IMG/VR virus record: IMGVR_UViG_3300006854_000004
Location: 1 to 64,000 of that record
Origin: a virus
DNA length: 64,000 nt
Reading direction: 5' to 3' (one strand)
This document shows, piece by piece, positions 1 through 7,942 of this stretch. A model generated the notes under the pieces. It was not told the DNA's origin and did not search any database. It saw only the letters and a list, made by a program, of their open reading frames with translations. Position 1 is the stretch's first letter, and each line of letters starts with the position of its first letter. The position numbers and the translations under genes are program-made.

Positions 1-1
1 G

Positions 2-598
2 AAGTGGGTCAGCGACGTCACCGATCAGCGGGACAAGATCAGCCTCGGCCTCGCGTCCATCACCAACGCGCCGGGAGCGACCCTCCCGCCGATCCCGCTG
101 AAGACGCCGCAGCTGGACGGCGTCACGCTCCAGCTGCTCGAGATCAACGACTCCATCGACCGGCTCCAGGGAATCGTCGAGGACGGCTTCCACACGGAGA
201 CCGAGGCGAAGCTGCTCCTGATGATGTCGACGTTCAGACGCGTGAACGCAGCGAGCAGAAGCTCGATCGACTTCCTCAAGAACAGTCTTCCGGCGGACAA
301 CGCCGGCTTCGACGACATCCTCGTCGAGATGCGGCTGTCGGAGTTCTACAACTCGACCGTCGAGCAGCTCTGGCGGACCGTCGGCATGTCGCGACAGGCC
401 GAGATCGACGCACGCACCCGGGCGAAGCAGAAGCCACGCGCGATCTACTACCCGAAGACGGGTGAATCGCTCGAGCACATCTCGCTCCGCTTCTACGGCT
501 CGGCCGATAACTGGCGTGTCATCTACGACAAGAACAACCTCAGCTCGATCATCCTCGACGGGACCGAGGAGCTGATCATCCCGGAGCGCGCAGCGTGA
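2..598 (+). CDS. tail-module protein, C-terminal fragment with LysM-like domain (5' end outside window)
   Basis: Frame 2 is open from the window edge to TGA 596-598. The C-terminus 'IYYPKTGESLEHISLRFYGSADNWRVIYDKNNL' fits a LysM / P2 gpX-like pattern. It lies directly upstream of the baseplate genes. Confidence 0.6.
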   Translation, partial: KWVSDVTDQRDKISLGLASITNAPGATLPPIPLKTPQLDGVTLQLLEINDSIDRLQGIVEDGFHTETEAKLLLMMSTFRRVNAASRSSIDFLKNSLPADNAGFDDILVEMRLSEFYNSTVEQLWRTVGMSRQAEIDARTRAKQKPRAIYYPKTGESLEHISLRFYGSADNWRVIYDKNNLSSIILDGTEELIIPERAA

Positions 599-621
599 CC
601 GCGCGAGCAGCACAGCAACGC

Positions 622-730
622 GCGTGCGGGCGCGCCCGCGCTACGGGGCCGTTGCCGCGCCGTACCCAAGAACGCGCAGTACAGGGCAAGCTGTGCAGCC
701 GTGGTGCCCGTGGCGGGGACGGCGGGAGGT
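622..730 (+). repeat. intergenic repeat element, copy A
   Basis: Contains the palindrome GCGGGCGCGCCCGC (626-639), the core ACAGGGCAAGCTGTGCAGCC (681-700) and GGCGGGAGGT (721-730). The same blocks recur at 15547-15643 and 34113-34250, in the same orientation relative to local transcription. Confidence 0.8.
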
Positions 731-736
731 GCGCCC

Positions 737-2128
737 GTGCCTAGGTCGCTCTTCTGGACACGTTGCCGCGCGCAGCTGGAGATCGTCTTCGACGGTCGCG
801 GTGGCAAGAACTCCAGACCATACCACTTCGAGATCGACCCGAAGAGCGCGTCCGTCGGGCTGAACGGCTTCTACGAGGCCGACACGTTTCAGCTCGAATT
901 CGACCTTCGCGAGCTTCCGTTCGACCCGGATCAGGTCGCGTACGGCGCGGTCCGCATCTACATGTGGGACTCTCAGAAGAACCTGGACGTCGGCGAGTGG
1001 GCTGTCGACGGTAACGAGATGATCCGCGGTCTGGTCGACGACGTCGAGTCCACCATGGTGGGCGACGAGCACATCGTCAAGTTCACGGGTCGCGACTACA
1101 CGGCGATTCTGCTCGACGCGGAGTGGGACGCCCGCGACAAGATCAAGGCCGGAGGTGAGCTGAACGACGTGGTTCAGTCCATCGCGGACGAGGCGGCTCC
1201 CGAGGGTACGACGGCTCGCTTCGCCGTCGAGTGGCGCGGCATCGATCCACCGCCGATCTGCGGCGGCCTCGCGCGGTCGACGAAGAAGAAGGGTCTGTGG
1301 GTCAAGCCCGGGAAGAGCTACTGGGACGTGATCTGGGATCTGTGCATCCAGCACGCGTACGTCGCGCGCGTGGAGAAGAGCACCATCATCATCGAGGAGC
1401 CGAAGACCCAGACCATCCAGCGTCTGGAGAACGCTCCGCGGCTGATCTACGGTCAGACGCTGACCAAGCTGGAGATCAAGCGGAAGTTCGCGCACGAGAC
1501 GGTCCCGCAGGTCGTCATCATCGCGTACGACGACCGCGGCCGTCGGATGGAGGTGAAGTATCCGCCGAAGAGGAACGTCGAGGTCATCGTCAACGCGACG
1601 CGTGACCAGAACCCCACCGATGCCCTCGGCATCCCGCTCGTCGCCAAGAAGGACGACCAGATGTTCTTTCCCGCCCCGGAGGGCGTCATCGACCGCAAGG
1701 CGCTCGAGCGCTACGCTAGGATGCGCTTCTATCAGCTGGGTCGCGGCGAGACGGTCTACTCGCTGGCCACGAAGCACCTGCTGATCCCGGACGCGAAGAA
1801 TCCGCAGCGTGAGATCAACGTCCTCCAGCTCCGCCCTGGGGATGCGATCGGCGTCCACTTCGACCCGTTCAACGAGACGTTCGTCCGCGGAATCAAGGAC
1901 ACCGGCGCTCGCGCGGAGTACATCCGCTCGCTCGGGTACAAGACCGAGGTCGCGAACTTCATCGCGAACAACCTCGACAAGCTGGACCTGTTCAAGCAGG
2001 ACTATTACTTCAACCGCGCCGACATCACGTACGGAGTCGACGAGGGCATCGAGATCGAGATCGAGGCGGTCAACTTCGCAGGAGAGGTTCGCGCGGTCCA
2101 GTGGGCCGACGATAAGATCGCATCATGA
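737..2128 (+). CDS. baseplate hub / gpD-like (Mu gp44 position) protein
   Basis: Long ORF (track start 701). GTG 737 is preceded by GGGAGG at 724-729. Function is assigned from synteny only (LysM protein - hub - spike - gp25-like - J-like). Confidence 0.5.
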   Translation: MPRSLFWTRCRAQLEIVFDGRGGKNSRPYHFEIDPKSASVGLNGFYEADTFQLEFDLRELPFDPDQVAYGAVRIYMWDSQKNLDVGEWAVDGNEMIRGLVDDVESTMVGDEHIVKFTGRDYTAILLDAEWDARDKIKAGGELNDVVQSIADEAAPEGTTARFAVEWRGIDPPPICGGLARSTKKKGLWVKPGKSYWDVIWDLCIQHAYVARVEKSTIIIEEPKTQTIQRLENAPRLIYGQTLTKLEIKRKFAHETVPQVVIIAYDDRGRRMEVKYPPKRNVEVIVNATRDQNPTDALGIPLVAKKDDQMFFPAPEGVIDRKALERYARMRFYQLGRGETVYSLATKHLLIPDAKNPQREINVLQLRPGDAIGVHFDPFNETFVRGIKDTGARAEYIRSLGYKTEVANFIANNLDKLDLFKQDYYFNRADITYGVDEGIEIEIEAVNFAGEVRAVQWADDKIAS

Positions 2129-2607
2129 CGCTGACAGCAGTTAGAGACAAGCTTCGGGACGAGCGCATCTGGTGCATGGCTGCGATCGTAGCCCTGCACG
2201 ACGACGCCGGTCCGGACGACGAGCACTTCGCCTACGAGGAGAACGGGCAGATCAGCATCAGCCTTCGCACGCTGAAGCACGACGTTCCCATTCGAGCTTA
2301 CCTCAGCGGCGGGACGGACGCGGTCGGCGTCTGGTTCATCCCGCCGCTCGGAACCGAGGTTGTTGTCAACTTCGACAACGGCGAGTTTGAGGGCGATGCG
2401 TACATCGTCGGCGTTCACGGAACGCCACCGACGAACCTCCAGGCCGGTCAGGTCGTCGTGCGCGGGACGAAGGTCAACATCTGCAGCGCGAGCGAGACCG
2501 GCATCACGGCGGAGGGCGTGGTCGTCGGGACCGGTGTCGACCCGTTCACGGGTCAAACCTACAACACGCTCGGCAACGCGTCGAGCAAGGTCTTCGCAAA
2601 GAAGTGA
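2125..2607 (+). CDS. baseplate spike / assembly protein V-like (by position)
   Basis: ATGA overlap with the upstream gene. Size and position match the gpV / Mu gp45 slot. No diagnostic motif was recognised. Confidence 0.45.
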   Translation: MTLTAVRDKLRDERIWCMAAIVALHDDAGPDDEHFAYEENGQISISLRTLKHDVPIRAYLSGGTDAVGVWFIPPLGTEVVVNFDNGEFEGDAYIVGVHGTPPTNLQAGQVVVRGTKVNICSASETGITAEGVVVGTGVDPFTGQTYNTLGNASSKVFAKK

Positions 2608-2611
2608 CCCT

Positions 2612-2824
2612 ATGGCGATGACAGGAGCAGGAATGAAGGCTGCCGTCAAGGCAGCGTGGGAGGCTGCGACCGGACACGAGATGTCCTCGCACGCCGAGAC
2701 CGCGTGGCTGGCTGTCTGCGACGCGATCGTCGACTACATCCAGTCCGAAGCTCAGGTGACCGTCAGCGTTCCTGGCGTCACCACTGGCGGCGCGACAGTG
2801 CCGGGAACGGGGACCGTCGCGTGA
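2612..2824 (+). CDS. small baseplate-module protein, hypothetical
   Basis: In-frame ATG at 2612. An alternative ATG at 2633 is preceded by AGGAG. The N-terminal part of track ORF 2360-2824 overlaps the upstream gene and was discarded. Confidence 0.5.
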   Translation: MAMTGAGMKAAVKAAWEAATGHEMSSHAETAWLAVCDAIVDYIQSEAQVTVSVPGVTTGGATVPGTGTVA

Positions 2825-3282
2825 GCGACTTCGAGTTCGACGTATCGCTCGACGTCCACACGCGACTGGACTCGGTCGATCTCGAGATCGTCGGCGAGGA
2901 CATCTTCCTCGGACCCATCGACGACGGCGAGGGTTACGATCTCCGAGTGACCGACAACGGAGACTTCGCGACGGTGGTCGGTCCGCAGCTGGCGCGCCAG
3001 TCCATCATCCGCGAGCTGATCAACAACCCAGGCTCGTTCCCGCGTCGCCCGACGTGGGGAGCCGGACTCAGCGGTCTGCTCTTCAAGGGAGCGACCAGAT
3101 CCGTCCGGGATCGCCTGGTCGGGCGCGCCCGCGCGAACATGCTCGCGAACCCACGAGTCCGTCAGGTCCTCGAAGTGTCGACGACCGTCGGTGACAACGG
3201 TGCGTCGCTCTTCGTCCGCGTCGACACCATCCACGGTTCGGTCGAGGACCGAATCATCATCCGTCCACCGGGAGTCGCCTGA
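2821..3282 (+). CDS. baseplate wedge protein, GPW/gp25-like
   Basis: GTGA overlap start. 'QSIIRELINNPGSFPRRPTWGAGLSGLLF' resembles the gp25/GPW family core. It sits immediately upstream of the J-like gene. Confidence 0.65.
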   Translation: MSDFEFDVSLDVHTRLDSVDLEIVGEDIFLGPIDDGEGYDLRVTDNGDFATVVGPQLARQSIIRELINNPGSFPRRPTWGAGLSGLLFKGATRSVRDRLVGRARANMLANPRVRQVLEVSTTVGDNGASLFVRVDTIHGSVEDRIIIRPPGVA

Positions 3283-4379
3283 TGCCGTCTTGGCAAGACT
3301 ACTACGACGTTGGTAGGGCGACGCTCCAGTCGCGTCGTCCGACACTGGTCGTCCTCGAGGGCGACGTCTCGGACGCCATCCTCGCCGGCGGAGCGTCCAT
3401 GGCGACTGCCGTCGACGCCTACGCGAACCGCCGCTTCCGAGCCACGTTCCTCGACGGCGCCGAGGGAGACGATCTGGTCGAGCGCGCTCGCGACCGCGGC
3501 ACCGAGAAGTTCCTCGGCGCCGAGGCGATCGGTACGGCCGACTTCTCGCGACCGACCTTCGCTGGCGGAGCCGGGACCATCTTCGCAGGGACGCGCGTCG
3601 CGACCGACCCGGACTCTGCGACCGGCGAGTTTCAGTCGTACACTCTCGACGAGGACGCGGTCTTCGGAGGAGCGACACTGTCGGTCTCGGACGTGCCGAT
3701 CACGTGCGAGAAGACCGGCGTTCGCGGCAACATCGCGTCGGCGAAGATCACCAGATTCCTCGACCCGATCTTCGACTCGACGATCGTCGTCACCAACTCG
3801 GCGCGTCTCGCGGGAGGCGAGGAGGTCGAGCTGGACGAGGACCTTCGGGATCGCGCTCGTGGGTTCTTCCTGACCCTCGCTCGCGGCACGAAGGCCGCGC
3901 TGATCTACGGCGCGAAGCAGGTCGCGAACGTCACGCGCGTCAGCCTCGAGGTCGACGACGTCGGCGTCGTGACGATGTACGTCGCAGACTCGGACGGTAA
4001 CTCGAACGACGCGATGGTCGATGCCGTGACCGAGGAGATCGAGAACGGCGCCGACGACGGAGGCGGATGGCGAGCGGCGGGCGACATCGTCTATGTCACT
4101 GGCGGCGTCCTGTCCAACGTCGACATCGATCTCGAGCTTACGGTCAAGGTCGGCGTGTCGATTCCGGCTCTGCTGGATCGCGTTCGACAGGCGGTCGTAT
4201 CCCGACTCCGTCGCCTCAACCCGGGCGAGACGCTCTTCCGCGACATGATCAGCGCCGCTGCGCGTGACGTCGATCGCGAGGGCATCACTGGCGTCAACGT
4301 CATCACCCCAGCAGCGAACCTCGTTCCTGCGGCGAACACCGCTCTCCGCACTACGACGGGACAGATCAACTTCCCATGA
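3282..4379 (+). CDS. baseplate J-like protein
   Basis: 365 aa, following the gp25-like gene with a 1-nt TGATG overlap. Size and synteny are typical of Baseplate_J proteins. Confidence 0.55.
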   Translation: MPSWQDYYDVGRATLQSRRPTLVVLEGDVSDAILAGGASMATAVDAYANRRFRATFLDGAEGDDLVERARDRGTEKFLGAEAIGTADFSRPTFAGGAGTIFAGTRVATDPDSATGEFQSYTLDEDAVFGGATLSVSDVPITCEKTGVRGNIASAKITRFLDPIFDSTIVVTNSARLAGGEEVELDEDLRDRARGFFLTLARGTKAALIYGAKQVANVTRVSLEVDDVGVVTMYVADSDGNSNDAMVDAVTEEIENGADDGGGWRAAGDIVYVTGGVLSNVDIDLELTVKVGVSIPALLDRVRQAVVSRLRRLNPGETLFRDMISAAARDVDREGITGVNVITPAANLVPAANTALRTTTGQINFP

Positions 4380-4933
4380 GCGACATCGACGATCTCGTTC
4401 GGGTCTACAGCGGGTCCATCCCGTCGGAGTTGACCGCGACCGATCTCGGCGAGGACATCGCCTACGCTCTCGCATCGCAGATGGCGCTCGCGAAGCAGGA
4501 GGTCGAGCGGCTGAACGCCGGGGCGAACCTGTCGACGTCCACGGGTCTGTTCCTGGATCAGCAGGCGAAGGATCGCGACCTCCGCCGTCAGGAGGACGAG
4601 GAGGACGATCCTCTCCGCGAGCGTCTTCGTCACCCACCGAAGGCCGTCACACCGAACTCGATCATCGACGCACTCCAGGCGATCGTCGGTGATCCCGACA
4701 CGGTCGGGCGCGTCTTTCTGGTCGAGCTTCCACGCGACTCCGCTTACGCGGACTCGGATCTGTGGGAGGTCGGCTTCTTCGACCGCTGGCACGCGCTCGC
4801 GGGACCGAGACACGGGATGGTGATCGCACTGATCCCTGCGTCGGCAGACGTCAAGACCGCTGCGGAGGACGCGCTTCGGTCGAAGGCGTCAGCAGGCAAG
4901 GTCACCGCAGTCTTCGAGTACACGGAGCTATAG
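4376..4933 (+). CDS. baseplate/tail protein (P2 gpI / Mu gp48 position)
   Basis: ATGA overlap with the J-like gene. Function is from synteny only. Confidence 0.4.
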   Translation: MSDIDDLVRVYSGSIPSELTATDLGEDIAYALASQMALAKQEVERLNAGANLSTSTGLFLDQQAKDRDLRRQEDEEDDPLRERLRHPPKAVTPNSIIDALQAIVGDPDTVGRVFLVELPRDSAYADSDLWEVGFFDRWHALAGPRHGMVIALIPASADVKTAAEDALRSKASAGKVTAVFEYTEL

Positions 4934-6538
4934 ATGCCGAACATCGACGGATTCCGCAGGATCTTGATCAACTCAGGCGAGCAGATCAAGGCCGACGACC
5001 TGAACCTCTTCCAGCATCAGATCCACATGCTGATCCTGGACATGTTCCGTCTTCCCGGCATCAGGAACGCCATCCAGAATCCGGACGGTGGTCTCGGAGG
5101 CATGCTCGACCCCGAGGACGCGTCCTACACGCTCTCGGACGACAATCCGCCGTTCGACATGGCGTTCTGTCCGTTCCCGTCGCACGGCTACGTCATCGCC
5201 GGAGCGGGCGCGCGACAGCTCGTGCTCGGCACGCCGGGACCGATCATCCAGGCGAACCAGCTAGCCTCGTCGTGGGGAACCGTCCAGGAGGACGACACCA
5301 CTCCGCTCTTCCTCCCGTACTGGATGAGCGCCGGCGAGTTCACCCTCACGACCGCCGTCGGGGACGCGGCGAACCCTCGCATCGACCTGGTCGAGATGAA
5401 GCTGGAGCTGACCGACCGGGACGCGGAGACCGTCGTCTTCGCCGAGAACGCGGTCGCCGCGACGCTCGACCTGGACCCGCTGTCGTCCAACATCGACACG
5501 ACCGTCAAGGCGAAGGTCGGCGGGAAGGGCGGGAACAACATCACATTCCGCACGGTCGCCGACGGTGCAGGAGTAGGCTCGCTGACGGAGTCCGGGAACG
5601 CCGTCACGTTCCACTACCAGACCGGCGTCACGACGGTCACGAACCTCGAGACCGCCATCGGCACGAGCACGCTCATCGAAGTCGACGCGCCAGGAACCGG
5701 CGCGAACATCCTCGTATCCCCGGGCGATACGATCCCGGCGACCGCTCTCGCCGGAGGCGTCAACCCGATCGTCATGTCCGCCTCGTTCAACAAAGCTCGA
5801 CGGACGCAGGCGACCTTCCAGATCAAGCAGGGTGTCGCGGCCGGGACACCGGCGTATCCGTCGCCGACCGCCGGCTTCGTACCGATCGCAGCGGTCTACG
5901 TCCCTGCACTCCACAACGCTGTCCACACGGACGCTCACATCCGCGATATGCGATGGCCGCTCGGCGGTCTCCAGGTCTACGACACCCACTACAACGAGGT
6001 GAACGTCGCAGCCGGCGGAACCGCGTGGACCGTCGACGACGCGAACTGGCGAGTCCGATCCGGTGCGGCCGCTGGCTTCGCCTACGCTCCGCTGAAAGTC
6101 GCCGGTCGTGGTGGTCGACTGGTCGCCGTGCAAACGTACGGTGAGATCGTCACGACCGGCGCGAACAAGACGGCGAAACTCAAGAAGATGTATCACAACG
6201 GTCTCGGCGGTGTCAGCTACGAGACCATCTGCGATCTCACAACGGAGATCTACGAGCCACTCACGTCCGGCCCGGGTGTGGCGATGGCTCACGCGCTCCA
6301 CTTCATGGACGAGAATAGCCGCGACGTCGGGACGCGCGTCGCCAGCACGCGCATCGGGACGCCGATCTGGCTGAACGGCGACTCGATCGGTCCCGGCCGA
6401 CTGCACCAGACGGTCGTCGCCGAGGGCGATCAGTTCGGTCAGGAGTTGGCCGGTCTGGTCATGGAGTATCAGTACGACGTCGCTGGCGACGCGAACGTCG
6501 GCCGCACGAGGTGGTTCGTGCTTCACGGTATGGGGTGA
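4934..6538 (+). CDS. tail fibre / receptor-binding candidate carrying the shared ~90-aa module
   Basis: 534-aa ORF directly after the baseplate genes. Residues ~186-277 (nt 5489-5764) match modules in the products of 10438-11166 and 60943-61665. Confidence 0.45.
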   Translation: MPNIDGFRRILINSGEQIKADDLNLFQHQIHMLILDMFRLPGIRNAIQNPDGGLGGMLDPEDASYTLSDDNPPFDMAFCPFPSHGYVIAGAGARQLVLGTPGPIIQANQLASSWGTVQEDDTTPLFLPYWMSAGEFTLTTAVGDAANPRIDLVEMKLELTDRDAETVVFAENAVAATLDLDPLSSNIDTTVKAKVGGKGGNNITFRTVADGAGVGSLTESGNAVTFHYQTGVTTVTNLETAIGTSTLIEVDAPGTGANILVSPGDTIPATALAGGVNPIVMSASFNKARRTQATFQIKQGVAAGTPAYPSPTAGFVPIAAVYVPALHNAVHTDAHIRDMRWPLGGLQVYDTHYNEVNVAAGGTAWTVDDANWRVRSGAAAGFAYAPLKVAGRGGRLVAVQTYGEIVTTGANKTAKLKKMYHNGLGGVSYETICDLTTEIYEPLTSGPGVAMAHALHFMDENSRDVGTRVASTRIGTPIWLNGDSIGPGRLHQTVVAEGDQFGQELAGLVMEYQYDVAGDANVGRTRWFVLHGMG

Positions 6539-6540
6539 TC

Positions 6541-6894
6541 ATGAGGATGATGCCAGGATTCAAGGGGTCTGTATCCAGGTCGGGGTTCCCGATCATCGAC
6601 ATCGAGGAGTTCGTCCCGGCGAGCATCGTGCGCGACGTTCGCCGCGAGATCTCAAAGCTCTTCGCTCGAGGGGCGAAGGGCATCCTCATCCAGATCCCGA
6701 TTGAGGACTTCACCACGACCATCAACAAGGTCCTCGAGAAGCATCCTCTCGCGTGCGCTCCGTTCGAGCCTCGGCTCTGCGGATACGCGATCAGTCACTG
6801 GACGGGAAGCCACGTCGGCGTGATGGGCATGACCGACAGAGAGCCGGACGCCCAGATCTACGGCGCCGACGGAAAGGTATACCAGACCCTATGA
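6541..6894 (+). CDS. hypothetical protein (fibre-associated position)
   Basis: ATG at 6541, 2 nt after the upstream stop. GC-rich third codon positions. Confidence 0.5.
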   Translation: MRMMPGFKGSVSRSGFPIIDIEEFVPASIVRDVRREISKLFARGAKGILIQIPIEDFTTTINKVLEKHPLACAPFEPRLCGYAISHWTGSHVGVMGMTDREPDAQIYGADGKVYQTL

Positions 6895-7196
6895 AGAAGT
6901 CCATCAAGATCGACACACCTCAGGACGGCGTCCCGGAGGGAGCACTGTCTGCGCAGTACACGCAGACCGAGGAGATGGTCAGATGGGCTCCGCCCGGCGA
7001 GAAGCCCGTCACGATCTCGTACAAGGACAAGAGCGGGAAGTCGTGGGAGGAGCAGATCTACCAGAACATCCACTTCTCCTGTGTCTGGGCCAAGGACGGC
7101 GAGAAATTCGTCCTCGAGACGGGCGGTCACGGATGGCTCCTGCACCACCTGTCGGACGTGACCGTCGTCGACGACAGCAACAAGAAGGTGAAGTGA
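6891..7196 (+). CDS. hypothetical protein
   Basis: ATGA overlap start. Coherent coding frame. Confidence 0.55.
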   Translation: MKKSIKIDTPQDGVPEGALSAQYTQTEEMVRWAPPGEKPVTISYKDKSGKSWEEQIYQNIHFSCVWAKDGEKFVLETGGHGWLLHHLSDVTVVDDSNKKVK

Positions 7197-7197
7197 C

Positions 7198-7551
7198 ATG
7201 GCGACATTCCAGCACGCCGGTCTCACGACCACAGCGACAACGGCCGATCAGGTCATCTCCAGCTTCACGCCGACGAACGCGACTTCGTGGAAGTGCACGA
7301 TCGTCGTCGGCTACCTGACGACGTACTCGGCGACGGAGTCCAACATGGGCGTCGTCAAGATGCAGGTCGGCGGTACCGACGAGGCCGAGATGCGCATCCA
7401 GAACACGGACGTCGACTCGCGTCCCGGCATCGTCGTCATTCCGTGGGGCAACGGGCTCACATTCAGCGGCTCGGAGGTCGTGCGCTGGATCGTCACGCCC
7501 GCGAGCGCGACGAGCATGAAGTGGGTCGGGAGCTTCCACGGTCAGGGCTGA
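7198..7551 (+). CDS. hypothetical virion protein, tandem paralogue 1
   Basis: Shares 'W.C.IV', 'NTDV', 'V.IPWGNG' and 'VRW' blocks with the next gene. Confidence 0.55.
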   Translation: MATFQHAGLTTTATTADQVISSFTPTNATSWKCTIVVGYLTTYSATESNMGVVKMQVGGTDEAEMRIQNTDVDSRPGIVVIPWGNGLTFSGSEVVRWIVTPASATSMKWVGSFHGQG

Positions 7552-7554
7552 TCA

Positions 7555-7941
7555 GTGTCCAGCAGCGCGCCAATCTTCAAGACCGGCGGTGTCCGTCTCA
7601 CGACGTCAGACACCGGCGTGAAGGTCATCGCAGAGATGTACCCGAGCGGGAACGTCATGTGGAACTGCGCGATCGTCAGCGCGTTCCCATATCCTCACAC
7701 GCCTCTCGACGGTCAGTCCGGCACACCGGTCATCATGCGCGTGAACAACACGGACGTCTTCGAGGCATATATCGCTCGCCACTACCGCGAGGCGGTCACG
7801 CTCGTCATTCCGTGGAGCAACGGCATCCAGAGCAACGGTCTTAAGTTCACCAACGGGGAGCTAGTCAAGTGGCTCACCTCCGGCAATACGTTCAACTGCT
7901 TCATCAGCGGAACGTGGTGCGGATCGCTCGTGGGGTTCTAG
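7555..7941 (+). CDS. hypothetical virion protein, tandem paralogue 2
   Basis: GTG start. 'WNCAIV', 'NNTDV', 'LVIPWSNG' and 'LVKW' blocks parallel 7198-7551. Confidence 0.55.
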   Translation: MSSSAPIFKTGGVRLTTSDTGVKVIAEMYPSGNVMWNCAIVSAFPYPHTPLDGQSGTPVIMRVNNTDVFEAYIARHYREAVTLVIPWSNGIQSNGLKFTNGELVKWLTSGNTFNCFISGTWCGSLVGF

Positions 7942-7942
7942 C

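Noticed and set aside
641-1858. Long antisense or alternate-frame ORFs throughout the window (e.g. 641-1858 -, 3162-4637 -, 4762-6144 +, 8180-9517 -, 28081-29328 +, 44060-45205 +, 52168-53532 -, 54736-56226 -, 57488-58516 -).
   Set aside because: They are Arg/Gly/Asp/Pro-rich low-complexity translations. They lie fully inside frames that carry recognisable domains or coherent protein sequence. The high GC content suppresses stop codons in non-coding frames.
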